The notes: generated from the sequence alone by a model not told the origin. Positions 1 through 8,656 are shown, numbered from the stretch's first letter. The stretch: DNA of 64,000 nt from Candidatus Rifleibacteriota bacterium (GCA_018818125.1 JAHISQ010000034.1:30592-94591), one strand, 5' to 3'. Numbers and translations: made by a program.

Positions 1-2
1 TT

Positions 3-89
3 CCAGGTATGCTGGTGGCGGTGCCACTTACCGTGATTCTCAAAGTTCTCGGCCGTGAGCTTTATCACGAGCTTTATGACCCGGTGTGA
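3..89 (+). CDS. 3' end of an upstream ORF (partial at the window edge); product unknown
   Basis: Open frame 3 runs from the window edge to TGA at 87-89, immediately before the ABC ATPase start. Too short to assign. Confidence 0.2.
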   Translation, partial: PGMLVAVPLTVILKVLGRELYHELYDPV

Positions 90-1030
90 TTTATATGAAT
101 GCTGCAATAAAAGTAACCGATCTCAGTAAAAATTTTGGGCGCAAACAGGTGCTCCAGTCGTTGCACTTCAGCGTACCGCCGGATTCAATCGCCGGCTTTC
201 TGGGGCCAAATGGCGCCGGCAAGACAACCACTCTGCGCATTCTTCTGGGCCTGATTCCCTCTTATCGAGGCAATCTTGAGATGCTCGGCTGCAGTATCCC
301 CTCGCAACGCGTCGCAGCGCTTGAGCAGATCGGAGCCGTTGTCGAGAACCCCACTTTCATTGAGACCATGACAGCTTACGAGAATCTCTACTGGTTTGGC
401 TCTCTGTATAAACCGTTAACGTCGGTCAGAATCAACGAGGTTATCGAGATGGTCGGACTAAAAGAGGCGATACATCAACGTTTCGGCACTTTTTCAACCG
501 GCATGAAACAGCGACTCGGTGTCGCTTTTGGCATTCTACACAAGCCCCGCCTGCTTATTCTTGACGAGCCCACCAGTGGAATGGATCCGGCGGGCCGTGT
601 GCATATGCGCGAAATCCTCCAGCTTATTCACAGCGAAGAAAAGACCTCGATTTTTCTGTCAAGCCATCTGCTCGACGAAGTTCAGCGACTTTGCAATTAT
701 GTGGTCATCATTGACAAGGGTGTAACTGTCAGCCAGGGCTTCGTCGCCGACCTGCTCGCCAGCCACCTTGAAAAATGGGAAATCAGAATGGCTGACGAAG
801 AAATCGCGCAAGCCAGACAGCTTATCGAAAATCTCGGGCAACAGATTATTGTTGCCAGCACGCCGAGAGGGTTGCTCTTAACCATGACGACCGGTTTATC
901 GGCGCAGGTTAATCAGGCGCTGGTAAACGCCAACATCAAAGTCAGCGCCCTGATACCTCAGGAAGCGTCACTCGAAGAAACGTTCATCAAGCTCACCTCC
1001 GACTCCGGTGACAAGGGAGGCAGCTCATGA
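86..1030 (+). CDS. ABC transporter ATP-binding protein
   Basis: Walker A GPNGAGKTT, ABC signature STGMKQRL and Walker B LLILDEPTSGMD are read directly from the translation. GTG start at 86, with an alternative ATG at 95. Confidence 0.9.
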   Translation: MIYMNAAIKVTDLSKNFGRKQVLQSLHFSVPPDSIAGFLGPNGAGKTTTLRILLGLIPSYRGNLEMLGCSIPSQRVAALEQIGAVVENPTFIETMTAYENLYWFGSLYKPLTSVRINEVIEMVGLKEAIHQRFGTFSTGMKQRLGVAFGILHKPRLLILDEPTSGMDPAGRVHMREILQLIHSEEKTSIFLSSHLLDEVQRLCNYVVIIDKGVTVSQGFVADLLASHLEKWEIRMADEEIAQARQLIENLGQQIIVASTPRGLLLTMTTGLSAQVNQALVNANIKVSALIPQEASLEETFIKLTSDSGDKGGSS

Positions 1031-1959
1031 AGCGAATGCTGTTTCTGGTTCTGTTCGAACTTAAAAAGATTCTAAACCGCAAAAAAGCCCTGCTGTTTCT
1101 GGTAGCACTTAATGTGGTACCGCTGGTAGCCAGTCTGGCGCTACTGATCGCCTTCGTAAAGTTCAAAGGATTTGGCTTTGGCGAAATTCAGTTTTCAGTG
1201 CTGCATGAAGTCGTTCAGGGGCTTTTTACCGGCCATGTTAAGCTGTTTGCCTTTATCGCCCCGTTTTTTCTGGCGCTGGTAGTCGGCGACAGCTTTTCGA
1301 CCGAATTCAGTAGGGGCTACATGAAGATGCTGCTGCTGACACCAATAAACCGTTGGCAGGTGATTACTGCCAAAACAGTGGCGATAATGATTTTTCTGCT
1401 ACTCGCTGTTTGCATTGGTGGCATGTTTTTGCAGGCAGATCTGCTTATTGCACGAACACTCACACAAAATTCTGGACTGATACCCGAGTCGATGGTGCAG
1501 AATCTACCTGGCGGGCTTGGTGAGCTCGGCGATCTCGTCAAGAATCGCCCTCCCACGTATCTGGTAAGCACTGCATCCGCCCTGCAACTGCTGGCGATGA
1601 CATTCTTCGGAAACCTTATGCTAATCGGCTTTTTCATTGTATTTTCACTGTTTTTTGAGTCAGCAATTCTGATGTCATTCACCAGTTTGAGCGTACTCAT
1701 GGGTATCCATACCTTTTACCTGGTCGCCAGCGGGCTGCTCAATAAAATCGACCCATGGTATGACGCACTGGCAAAATGGTGTTTTACGCGTCATCTAGAC
1801 GATATTTTTGCGATCAAGAACATCCAAAGCATTCTTGACGGCAAAGCCAGTCTCCTCAGCGAAGGCATCTTTTCATCGCTGCTGGCAGTATCAATCTGGA
1901 CAGCAGCATTCTATCTGCTGGCTACGCTGATCTTTTCCCGCCGCCAGATTCTGCATTGA
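1027..1959 (+). CDS. ABC-2 type transporter permease (polytopic membrane protein)
   Basis: The ATGA start/stop overlap with the upstream ATPase indicates translational coupling. About six hydrophobic helices are visible. No diagnostic motif was found beyond topology and context. Confidence 0.6.
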   Translation: MKRMLFLVLFELKKILNRKKALLFLVALNVVPLVASLALLIAFVKFKGFGFGEIQFSVLHEVVQGLFTGHVKLFAFIAPFFLALVVGDSFSTEFSRGYMKMLLLTPINRWQVITAKTVAIMIFLLLAVCIGGMFLQADLLIARTLTQNSGLIPESMVQNLPGGLGELGDLVKNRPPTYLVSTASALQLLAMTFFGNLMLIGFFIVFSLFFESAILMSFTSLSVLMGIHTFYLVASGLLNKIDPWYDALAKWCFTRHLDDIFAIKNIQSILDGKASLLSEGIFSSLLAVSIWTAAFYLLATLIFSRRQILH

Positions 1960-1969
1960 GCAAGTGCAC

Positions 1970-2284
1970 TTAACGCAGTTTTTCAACGGCCTCCGGGTGC
2001 TTCTTAAGATAGGCCTGGCGAAAAGTCTGTGCGTCTTCATGTTCAGCAAATGCGCTATTCCAGCGATACCCAGCCACGGTAACTGCCAGCAGAGATATGA
2101 TCAATATGATCATTGGCAAAACTATATGTTGCCCCAGGGGCTTTTTGCAGTCGGGGCACTCGTCTACCTGAAGTTTGCAATATTCGCATTTTATAGTTGT
2201 CATATTACCTGGCCGTCTTTGGGTTTTGATAATTAATGCAGAGATACATGATATTCTCGAAAGCTGCAAACTCCAGATTAACAA
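1970..2284 (-). CDS. Small zinc-ribbon membrane protein; start more likely at MTTIKCEY (around 2203), giving about 77 aa
   Basis: CEYC...CPDC is a CxxC-x-CxxC zinc ribbon, followed by one transmembrane helix (IVLPMIILIISLLAVTVAGY). It lies directly downstream of the 304-aa zinc-ribbon/TM gene, and the two genes abut. Confidence 0.45.
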   Translation of the reverse strand: MLIWSLQLSRISCISALIIKTQRRPGNMTTIKCEYCKLQVDECPDCKKPLGQHIVLPMIILIISLLAVTVAGYRWNSAFAEHEDAQTFRQAYLKKHPEAVEKLR

Positions 2285-3119
2285 CTGATTCTGGAGTATT
2301 CCAACAGTAGCTTATAATACGATTATGGGCCATTACTGACTCAACTTTTTGCTTAGCGCTTAAACTGGCATCCAGCTCGCCCAGACTACGCTCCAAAGGT
2401 TCTCCCAACTGAAAAACCAGAGAGCTGTACGTTTCGGAAAAAAATTGTTCTATACTTTGAAGATCGCAAAGTGCAGTGTTACGTGGGATCGGAAAAATTG
2501 CAAAATCGCTTTGTATAACCCTGTCAGCACTTTCGCCAATCTTGGGAACCTTGGCGAGGTCGAGCTGTTCCAAACCCTGGCACTTGTGCCCGAAAAAAAT
2601 GTATCGACCTGCGATGAGACGGCTTGAAGAAAAATCGTATCTGATAACTGTGTCAAAGTTGCTAATTCTATCAATGTAGTCAAGATTGTATGCGCTACTA
2701 TCATTTAGCAATTCAGCCTTTTCTTCTTCCACAATGCGACTCCGCGCCCCACCCCACAGGGCAGCTCTAAAATCCGCCGTTTGCCCTCTGATCGGGCTCT
2801 TTTTTGGAGTTTGTTTTGTGTCTGGATCATTTTTGGCGGCTTTGGGAGGAGTCGGCAATTTAACTGCCTCTATTTTCGACTTCTTCTCTGAGATTTCAGA
2901 AGCTTCGTTAAATGGTTTTAGTGCTACAGCTGTACCTTCGCGCAATTCAAGCTCAAGCATAAAAAAAATGACAGCAACAGCAAATACTACCGCTGAAATT
3001 TGATAGAGCAAAAGAGCCATCACGTCGGCTATTCGCTGTTTACAACCAGGACAAACATTAATTTCTTTATTACATTCCGGGCAGTAGTACATTGCCACAC
3101 GATAACATACATTTTTCAA
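2205..3119 (-). CDS. Zinc-ribbon + single-TM protein with an extracytoplasmic domain of about 240 aa (anti-sigma-like architecture, family unassigned)
   Basis: N-terminal CPECNKEINVCPGC, then a TM helix (LLLYQISAVVFAVAVIFFML), then a soluble domain with no recognised motif. The 5' end and promoter region are duplicated at 8150-8240. Confidence 0.6.
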   Translation of the reverse strand: MKNVCYRVAMYYCPECNKEINVCPGCKQRIADVMALLLYQISAVVFAVAVIFFMLELELREGTAVALKPFNEASEISEKKSKIEAVKLPTPPKAAKNDPDTKQTPKKSPIRGQTADFRAALWGGARSRIVEEEKAELLNDSSAYNLDYIDRISNFDTVIRYDFSSSRLIAGRYIFFGHKCQGLEQLDLAKVPKIGESADRVIQSDFAIFPIPRNTALCDLQSIEQFFSETYSSLVFQLGEPLERSLGELDASLSAKQKVESVMAHNRIISYCWNTPESVVNLEFAAFENIMYLCINYQNPKTAR

Positions 3120-3190
3120 AGTATAAAATATTAATTATGTGTGGATTTCTGCCGATATATTGTTAGAAATAAAAATATTCGGAGGCAAAA

Positions 3191-3529
3191 ATGCAATCTT
3201 TTACTCGCAGAAGTTTATCGGCAATAGTCTTACTGGCAATGGTGTTTTCGTTTTTTAGCGGCATTTTGCATGCCAACAGCAAGCATGATATGTTTGAGAC
3301 CAGCGAGAAGATTGCACGTCTGAAAGCGGAAATTCGTGCGGCTCACGAAGAGCTCCGACGCCTCAACGAAGAGGGTGGAGAACAGGCTCAGGAGCAGGCA
3401 CAGGTATTAATGGCCCAGATCAAGGAATTGAAGGCAGAGCTTAAAGTTCTCGAGCAGAGTCTTGATAGCATGAAAAAAGGCGGCTCGAAACTGAGAAGCG
3501 ACAAAGTCGACCCAAGATATCGACGTTGA
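3191..3529 (+). CDS. Small secreted coiled-coil protein (112 aa)
   Basis: GGAGG ribosome-binding site 9 nt upstream. Signal peptide (LSAIVLLAMVFSFFSGILHA). Heptad-like charged helix (AEIRAAHEELRRLNEE...IKELKAELKVLEQ). A degenerate second copy lies at 8328-8562. Confidence 0.6.
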   Translation: MQSFTRRSLSAIVLLAMVFSFFSGILHANSKHDMFETSEKIARLKAEIRAAHEELRRLNEEGGEQAQEQAQVLMAQIKELKAELKVLEQSLDSMKKGGSKLRSDKVDPRYRR

Positions 3530-3565
3530 GAAATGCAGTAGCCCGCCACTAAGAGAGCTGGCAAA

Positions 3566-3608
3566 GCAAAACCGCAGAGACTACTATGAGTCTCTGCGGT
3601 TTTGTTTT
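3566..3608. terminator. Bidirectional rho-independent terminator
   Basis: Perfect hairpin CCGCAGAGACT / AGTCTCTGCGG with an A-tract on the 5' side and a T-tract on the 3' side. It terminates the small + strand gene and the convergent minus-strand operon. Confidence 0.65.
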
Positions 3609-3653
3609 AACAGATTAAAAAATCTACTGACCGGGGGAAGCACCACATATGCG

Positions 3654-4295
3654 CTATTTGTTCAACGTTGGCGCGAGAATCAACATGAAGACCACTATTG
3701 CCCCAGACAGGAAAAAAGCGCCGATCATGATCAACGCAAGTTCGACATTTCCCTTCGCCGATTCCTGAATGAAGGGTGTCAGGAAAACCATCGGCGAAAA
3801 TGCCGCCGCACCGCCGAGAAGGGCAAAAATCAGACGAATCAGATCCCCTATTCCGTATTTGAAACTCTTCTTGGCTGGCTTTCTTACATAGGGGCCGGGA
3901 AAATCGGAACGCGGGCGGACAACCGCAATCTCTTCTGCCGGAGCCTGTTCGGAAATACTTTCGACAACAGTATTATGCCATTCGCCGCTCGAAAAACCGT
4001 TCACAACCTCGGCAGGAGAAATCTCAAGATCCCGTTCCTCCCAGAAGAGTTTTCCCTCATCCGCAATCAGGGTCATTTTCTCCGCCGCTCCATCCAGGAA
4101 GACGTGAGGCGGACACAGACCGTCTTCAGGCCAACTCGGCGGTGGAACCAGTTGCCGGAAATCCGCCAAGAACCCTTGAAGATCTTCCAGGGAATACTCG
4201 CCCAGAGACACAATCGCCGAGCCTCCCGTGGCACGGGTGAGATCGGAAGAGACTCCCTTCACCGAAAGTTTTACTGCCATTGAAGCGACCTCCAT
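3654..4295 (-). CDS. Membrane protein: cytoplasmic domain of about 150 aa plus two C-terminal TM helices. Start may be MAVKLSV, 5 codons in.
   Basis: ORF in the GC-rich cassette. Two C-terminal hydrophobic helices (IRLIFALLGGAAAFSPMVFL, LALIMIGAFFLSGAIVVFMLIL). No recognised motif. Confidence 0.5.
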   Translation of the reverse strand: MEVASMAVKLSVKGVSSDLTRATGGSAIVSLGEYSLEDLQGFLADFRQLVPPPSWPEDGLCPPHVFLDGAAEKMTLIADEGKLFWEERDLEISPAEVVNGFSSGEWHNTVVESISEQAPAEEIAVVRPRSDFPGPYVRKPAKKSFKYGIGDLIRLIFALLGGAAAFSPMVFLTPFIQESAKGNVELALIMIGAFFLSGAIVVFMLILAPTLNK

Positions 4296-4308
4296 TGGTT
4301 TCTGTGAA

Positions 4309-7242
4309 TCATTCAGGGCGACGACAGCTCACCCTGACAGGAATGAAAGGGGCATAGCAGGCTATATCCCCGCCTTCCAAGTCTGCTTCGAAATCGACTC
4401 GGAAAACATCCTTCAAATCTATACTCCGATCCCAGGTTTGTCGGAACGGCCCCTTGGCTTGCCGCTCGAATAACGTGATCGTCTCCGGTTGCTGTTTTTC
4501 CCGCCACAACGTAATTTTCCCACGACAAAAGAATTCAGGAGGAGGATCATCATCTATCCCCGTCGCCTCCCCGGAGAACCTGAACCGGTCGCCCGTAATG
4601 ATTCCGCTGGCATTCCCCCCGAACGGACCCCAGCTGGATTGCTTATAATCAACTTTCACCCCTTCGGTTTGAAACCGCATGGTAAGATACTCTCTCGTAA
4701 GTGTGATTGCCGGGCCGACCTCGTTGCCTGACGGCGTCGAACGAACCTCTTTGGTTGTATTCGATTTATCCGGTTCATCTGGTTCAGAGGAGTCGGCTTT
4801 TTTCACCGAGACCCTCAGGGTTGAGGTAACTTGTTTTCCCGAGGTATCGACCGCCCTGACCTGAAGAGTATATTCCCCCACCTTGCTCGGCGCTTTGAAC
4901 ATAATCGTCTTGCGAACAGCCCCATCGGACTGCGGCTGGCCCTGGAGCACTTCCTTATCGTTGCCCATGGGTCCGCGAAACATGACACGATACGCTGCGA
5001 CCGCCCCGGAGACCTCCACGGACAGATCCTTTTCCTGGTTGGGTTCGAAACTTCGCGGACCGGTAAGATCAATGGCAAAGCCGGGAACGACCTTGAAGGA
5101 ATGCTTTGCTGAAGCGGAGAATACGGTGCCGCCGGCTTCGACCGTCACCTCACACATTCCCGTTTTCTTGGGAGCGGTGAAGGAAAGGGAAAACCTCTTG
5201 TTCGTAATTTTCCCGGAGACAGCCTTTGATACGCCGCTTCCCTTAAGAAAGACATCCCATGGGGGATTGGGTTTAAGCAAAGGCGACCCGCCTTCCAGGC
5301 TGAACCCGAGCGTGACGTTGCTCCCCGCAGGAACCTGCTTCGGTGCATTCAGAAAAAGAACCTGAAATGGTGGCCCCACCGCGACCTCAAGTTCCGAACG
5401 TGCGGTCTTTTTATCGGCGCTCTCCACTTCCGCCCAGATGGTAAAGGCTCCAGGCTTTTGACCCGCCGTAACCGGCAGCGTATGATTTCGCCCGGAGATT
5501 TTTTGAACGGCGGATTTTCCTGGAAGAGTTCCGCCGGTTGTCACGGTAAAAGGAGGTGTTCCTTCAAAAACCGTTACTTCAACCCGTGCCGTCTGGTTGA
5601 AACCGAGAAATTTCGGAGCGGCAACAACCACATTGAACGCCGCCGAAACATTAATCTGAGCTGAAACCTGGGCAGTCAGTTTCCCTTTATCCCCATCAGA
5701 CGCTTCGATTCGTGCCGTAATCGCGTGAGCTCCAGGTTTAACAGGAGCTTTAAAAGAAAATGGAATGACCGGATCGAATTTCCCCGAAAAACGGAGAGGA
5801 TTTTTTTGTCCCGGAACTTCAATGGTGACAGAAAACGGGGGAATTCCCTTCTCGATGATGAGTGCACCCTCGACAACTTCTCCGGCATCAGCTTCTCCGG
5901 GCAGTTCGAAACCTGCCTCGATCGTTTCTTTCACGGCCGGCAGGCCGAGACGCTCCCGCAGAGTTTTCAGCAAATCGTTTCTAGATTTTGCCAGATACTG
6001 ACGCAAGGAGATCGTCTCCGGTGATTGTGGCCCCTGACGCTGAATCAGGTCTTCGAGTTCCAGGCGTGATTTTACATGGAGCGCAAGCAGCGACCGTCCT
6101 TCAAGCATAACCGACTGATACCTGGATGCATCCAAACCCAGTTCCCGGGCGAGCCCTCCGGCAAGATTCACCCGCAACTTCATGTAGGCAAGAATATCCT
6201 GGTCAAGAGCCTTGTCTCGAGCCTTTCCACTGCCGAGACCACTACGGTGGATGGGCACTTCTTTTTCATACATTTCGACCGCCGCCACCAGAATTTCCTT
6301 TTCCTTCGCGGCGGCATCCGTCTCAGATTTATCGCGGGCTTGAAGATATCTGCCCAGCCGTCTCAACCGCTCCTCATCACCTTCGTCAGGCCAACCTAGA
6401 TTTTGAGCAAGCGTGCGCAGGTGGCCACTTTTTTCGATTCCCTTCATTCCGGTTTCCTGAGTTGTAGACATTAAAATGGTCGCCAGGTCATCAGGGTTCT
6501 GGGTTTTATCGACCCGCCACGCGTTGTAAATGGCATCCATCCCGGGGCCGAAAAAATTCTCCTCAAACCCCTGCCTCACGACAACCACAGCCGCCTGGAT
6601 CGTTTGAACCTGGGGAAAGAATTCCGCTGCTTTCTCGCCGGCGGCCTTCCACTGCTTATCTGACAACAGACCGGCAATCTCAGAAACGGTCTTGATCTTG
6701 TCAGCATTTTGAATAACCTCTCCAAGAACCGCCCCCATAACATTCAACCGGCCGCTTCCGCTCTTCATCAATGAAAGGCTGTCATCGATCTTGAGCTGGT
6801 TCAGGGGAATCGCCTTCTCGAGTCCGTGCAGAACCGATGTACCAAAAAGTGTCGCCAATTCCGTCTGGGCTTCCGCAGGATTGCCGTCGGCGATAGCGTC
6901 ACCGATCTTGATCAGATCGTCCTTGCGTTCTTCCAGAACCCCCACCATTTTCTGGTACAGCTCGCTCTTTATCTCTTCGTTGTTGAGTTTTCCCAGGATC
7001 GTGGTGGCGACGTAATCCTTGAACTTCCCCTTCAAAGCTTCGATCACCTTATCTTTGGCAGCCTGACTGAGGGGGATTGCCGCGGAACCACGTTTGACAC
7101 TTTGAGAAAGGCGCTTGGCACTGCTCTCCAGGTCGGCGGGGGTGACCCCCGCAATTTTGGAGGAACGCCGTTGGCCAAAGGAACCGCCGGCAATCAGGAG
7201 GAATGTCGCAAGAAAAAACGCTGTCAGCCGAGATTTTTTCAT
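4309..7242 (-). CDS. Large secreted protein (about 977 aa): alpha-helical N-terminal region of roughly 450 aa followed by several repeated beta-rich segments of unassigned fold
   Basis: Signal peptide MKKSRLTAFFLATFLLIAGGSFG. Its ATG overlaps the stop of the upstream 251-aa gene as ATGA. The C-terminal half has repeated segments of about 90-100 aa rich in V, T, G and P with recurring GTPPFTVT / GPPFQVLFL-like strands. Coding GC is visibly higher than in the flanks. Confidence 0.7.
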   Translation of the reverse strand: MKKSRLTAFFLATFLLIAGGSFGQRRSSKIAGVTPADLESSAKRLSQSVKRGSAAIPLSQAAKDKVIEALKGKFKDYVATTILGKLNNEEIKSELYQKMVGVLEERKDDLIKIGDAIADGNPAEAQTELATLFGTSVLHGLEKAIPLNQLKIDDSLSLMKSGSGRLNVMGAVLGEVIQNADKIKTVSEIAGLLSDKQWKAAGEKAAEFFPQVQTIQAAVVVVRQGFEENFFGPGMDAIYNAWRVDKTQNPDDLATILMSTTQETGMKGIEKSGHLRTLAQNLGWPDEGDEERLRRLGRYLQARDKSETDAAAKEKEILVAAVEMYEKEVPIHRSGLGSGKARDKALDQDILAYMKLRVNLAGGLARELGLDASRYQSVMLEGRSLLALHVKSRLELEDLIQRQGPQSPETISLRQYLAKSRNDLLKTLRERLGLPAVKETIEAGFELPGEADAGEVVEGALIIEKGIPPFSVTIEVPGQKNPLRFSGKFDPVIPFSFKAPVKPGAHAITARIEASDGDKGKLTAQVSAQINVSAAFNVVVAAPKFLGFNQTARVEVTVFEGTPPFTVTTGGTLPGKSAVQKISGRNHTLPVTAGQKPGAFTIWAEVESADKKTARSELEVAVGPPFQVLFLNAPKQVPAGSNVTLGFSLEGGSPLLKPNPPWDVFLKGSGVSKAVSGKITNKRFSLSFTAPKKTGMCEVTVEAGGTVFSASAKHSFKVVPGFAIDLTGPRSFEPNQEKDLSVEVSGAVAAYRVMFRGPMGNDKEVLQGQPQSDGAVRKTIMFKAPSKVGEYTLQVRAVDTSGKQVTSTLRVSVKKADSSEPDEPDKSNTTKEVRSTPSGNEVGPAITLTREYLTMRFQTEGVKVDYKQSSWGPFGGNASGIITGDRFRFSGEATGIDDDPPPEFFCRGKITLWREKQQPETITLFERQAKGPFRQTWDRSIDLKDVFRVDFEADLEGGDIACYAPFIPVRVSCRRPE

Positions 7243-7994
7243 AGAATGTCGCTCCATGAGACGACTGAATCGCCTTCTGACAGCTCTTGGGTGAGCTTCA
7301 TGTCGAGATCTGTGATCTTCTCCAATAGTATTTTTTGCCGGTTTAGAGGGAGACGCAGAACATCATCCCGGATCATTCGCAGTTGTTGGGCCTTCTGAGC
7401 GGCATCTAGGGGCAGGTTGCTGTTTTCGAGACGGTCGAGAGCCGAAAAGAACTGTCTCACGGTCGCATCCGACCGCAGTTTTCCGGCCCCTGCACCGGTT
7501 CCGGACTCCCGGAAGTTTCCGATGAAAAACAACAAAACCAGGATTGCCGCAACAAAAAGAACGGCCCCAACCCACCCTTTTGCAGGTGCTCTTTCCACCA
7601 CCGCGCCGGTTGTCATTGGGGAATTGAGACGAGAAAGCGCGGAGCAAGTTTCCCCTGGATCCTTGCTTGCAGCCGAACCATCAATCTTGACGAGCATTCG
7701 ATCCACAAAATCAAGGGTCGCTTGAACGGAAGCCATTCGCACAGTATTTCCGGAAGGAAACGTCTGCAACAACACCCCGTTTTCCACGATAAAAGTAAAG
7801 GCAAATCTTCGTGGATCGACGATCATCGCCGCGCTTTCACCGGCAGAACCATTTGGAGCTGCGCTGATCCGGAACAACGCGGCAAAGAATTGCTTCAACC
7901 GCAACCGGGATACTTCTCCAACCTGTATGACCTGACCGGAGAAAGAGGGTTGAAAATCAGAGCCGAAACCCCTCAATGAAACATCATACCGCAT
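7239..7994 (-). CDS. Bitopic membrane protein (251 aa), function unknown
   Basis: Single central TM helix (WVGAVLFVAAILVLLFFIGNF). Translationally coupled to the 977-aa gene. Shares the GC-rich composition of the cassette. Confidence 0.5.
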   Translation of the reverse strand: MRYDVSLRGFGSDFQPSFSGQVIQVGEVSRLRLKQFFAALFRISAAPNGSAGESAAMIVDPRRFAFTFIVENGVLLQTFPSGNTVRMASVQATLDFVDRMLVKIDGSAASKDPGETCSALSRLNSPMTTGAVVERAPAKGWVGAVLFVAAILVLLFFIGNFRESGTGAGAGKLRSDATVRQFFSALDRLENSNLPLDAAQKAQQLRMIRDDVLRLPLNRQKILLEKITDLDMKLTQELSEGDSVVSWSDIL

Positions 7995-8240
7995 TAAACG
8001 TCCTCCCCTCCGTCACTTCGCAATGAACTACCACGCTGTTCAGATTTCAATGGTCGAACCCGGCAAAATCCCGGGTCAATCGCAACGCTTAACGGCGGCA
8101 GGCTAACAAGAAGCTCAGCGAACATTACCGCAGAAACCTGGCAGAGCAAAATAGCCGTCACGTCGATTATTTGCCGATTACAGCCTGAGCAGGATGCAAT
8201 TTATTTCTTACATTCCTGGCAGTAGTACATTTCCACACGA
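7995..8240 (-). pseudogene. Disrupted paralog of the zinc-ribbon/TM gene (N-terminal part only, with an internal stop and frameshift)
   Basis: Near-identical to the nucleotides of the first ~35 codons of the 2205-3119 gene and its upstream region. A 5-nt indel gives MYYCQECKK-stop. Homology resumes in the +1 frame (CSGCNRQIIDVTAILLCQVSAV...) and ends at a TAA that overlaps the ATG of the 251-aa ORF. Confidence 0.5.
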
Positions 8241-8327
8241 TAGCATAATTTTCTTGAAATATAAAATGTCTAATATGCGCGAATTTCTGTCAATATATTG
8301 TTAGAAAGGAAAATATTCGTAGGCGAA

Positions 8328-8562
8328 ATGGCAATCTTTTACCCGCAGAAGTTTATCTGCAATAGTTTTACTGGCAATGGTGTTTTAGTTTTGTGGCAGT
8401 ATTTTGCATGCCAACAGCAAGCATGATATGTTTGAGACCAGCGAGATGATTGCACGTCTGAAAGCGGAGATTCGTGCAGTTCATGAAAAGCTCCGACGCC
8501 TCAACGAGAAAGGCGTCTCGAAACTGAGAAGCGACAAAGTCGATTCAAGATATCGACGTTGA
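8328..8562 (+). pseudogene. Degenerate copy of the small secreted coiled-coil gene
   Basis: Aligns with 3191-3529 but has an early in-frame stop after about 26 codons, because a 1-nt change turns TTTTCG into TTTTAG. It also carries an internal deletion of about 115 nt that removes the coiled-coil core. The flanking promoter and terminator sequences are conserved. Confidence 0.5.
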
Positions 8563-8600
8563 GAAATGCAGTAGCTCGCCACTAAGAGAGCGTGCAAAGC

Positions 8601-8642
8601 AAAACCGCAGAGACTTTATTAGTCTCTGCGGTTCTATTTTTA
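8601..8642. terminator. Bidirectional rho-independent terminator (second copy of the 3566-3608 hairpin)
   Basis: CCGCAGAGACT..AGTCTCTGCGG hairpin flanked by A and T tracts. It also lies just downstream of the 3' end of the C11 peptidase gene at 8657. Confidence 0.55.
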
Positions 8643-8656
8643 AAGGAGTGTAAGGC

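Noticed and set aside
2205-3119. Calling the zinc-ribbon/TM proteins anti-sigma factors
   Set aside because: The architecture is suggestive, but no ECF sigma factor gene is adjacent. The zinc motif is CxxC...CxxC rather than the H-x3-C-x2-C of ZAS domains. The idea is kept only as a hypothesis in the findings.
4313-7725. Numerous ORFs of 60-190 aa on both strands inside and antisense to the 977-aa and 251-aa genes, for example 4883-5365, 5765-6001, 6826-7398 and 7417-7725
   Set aside because: They lie in the GC-rich cassette, where stop codons are rare in all frames. They overlap much longer ORFs that have signal peptides and translational coupling. They have no ribosome-binding sites or motifs.
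7239-7994. Treating the 251-aa ORF as the out-of-frame continuation of the decayed zinc-ribbon paralog
   Set aside because: Its sequence shows no similarity to the C-terminal part of the intact 304-aa paralog. Only the first roughly 70 codons and the upstream region are duplicated.
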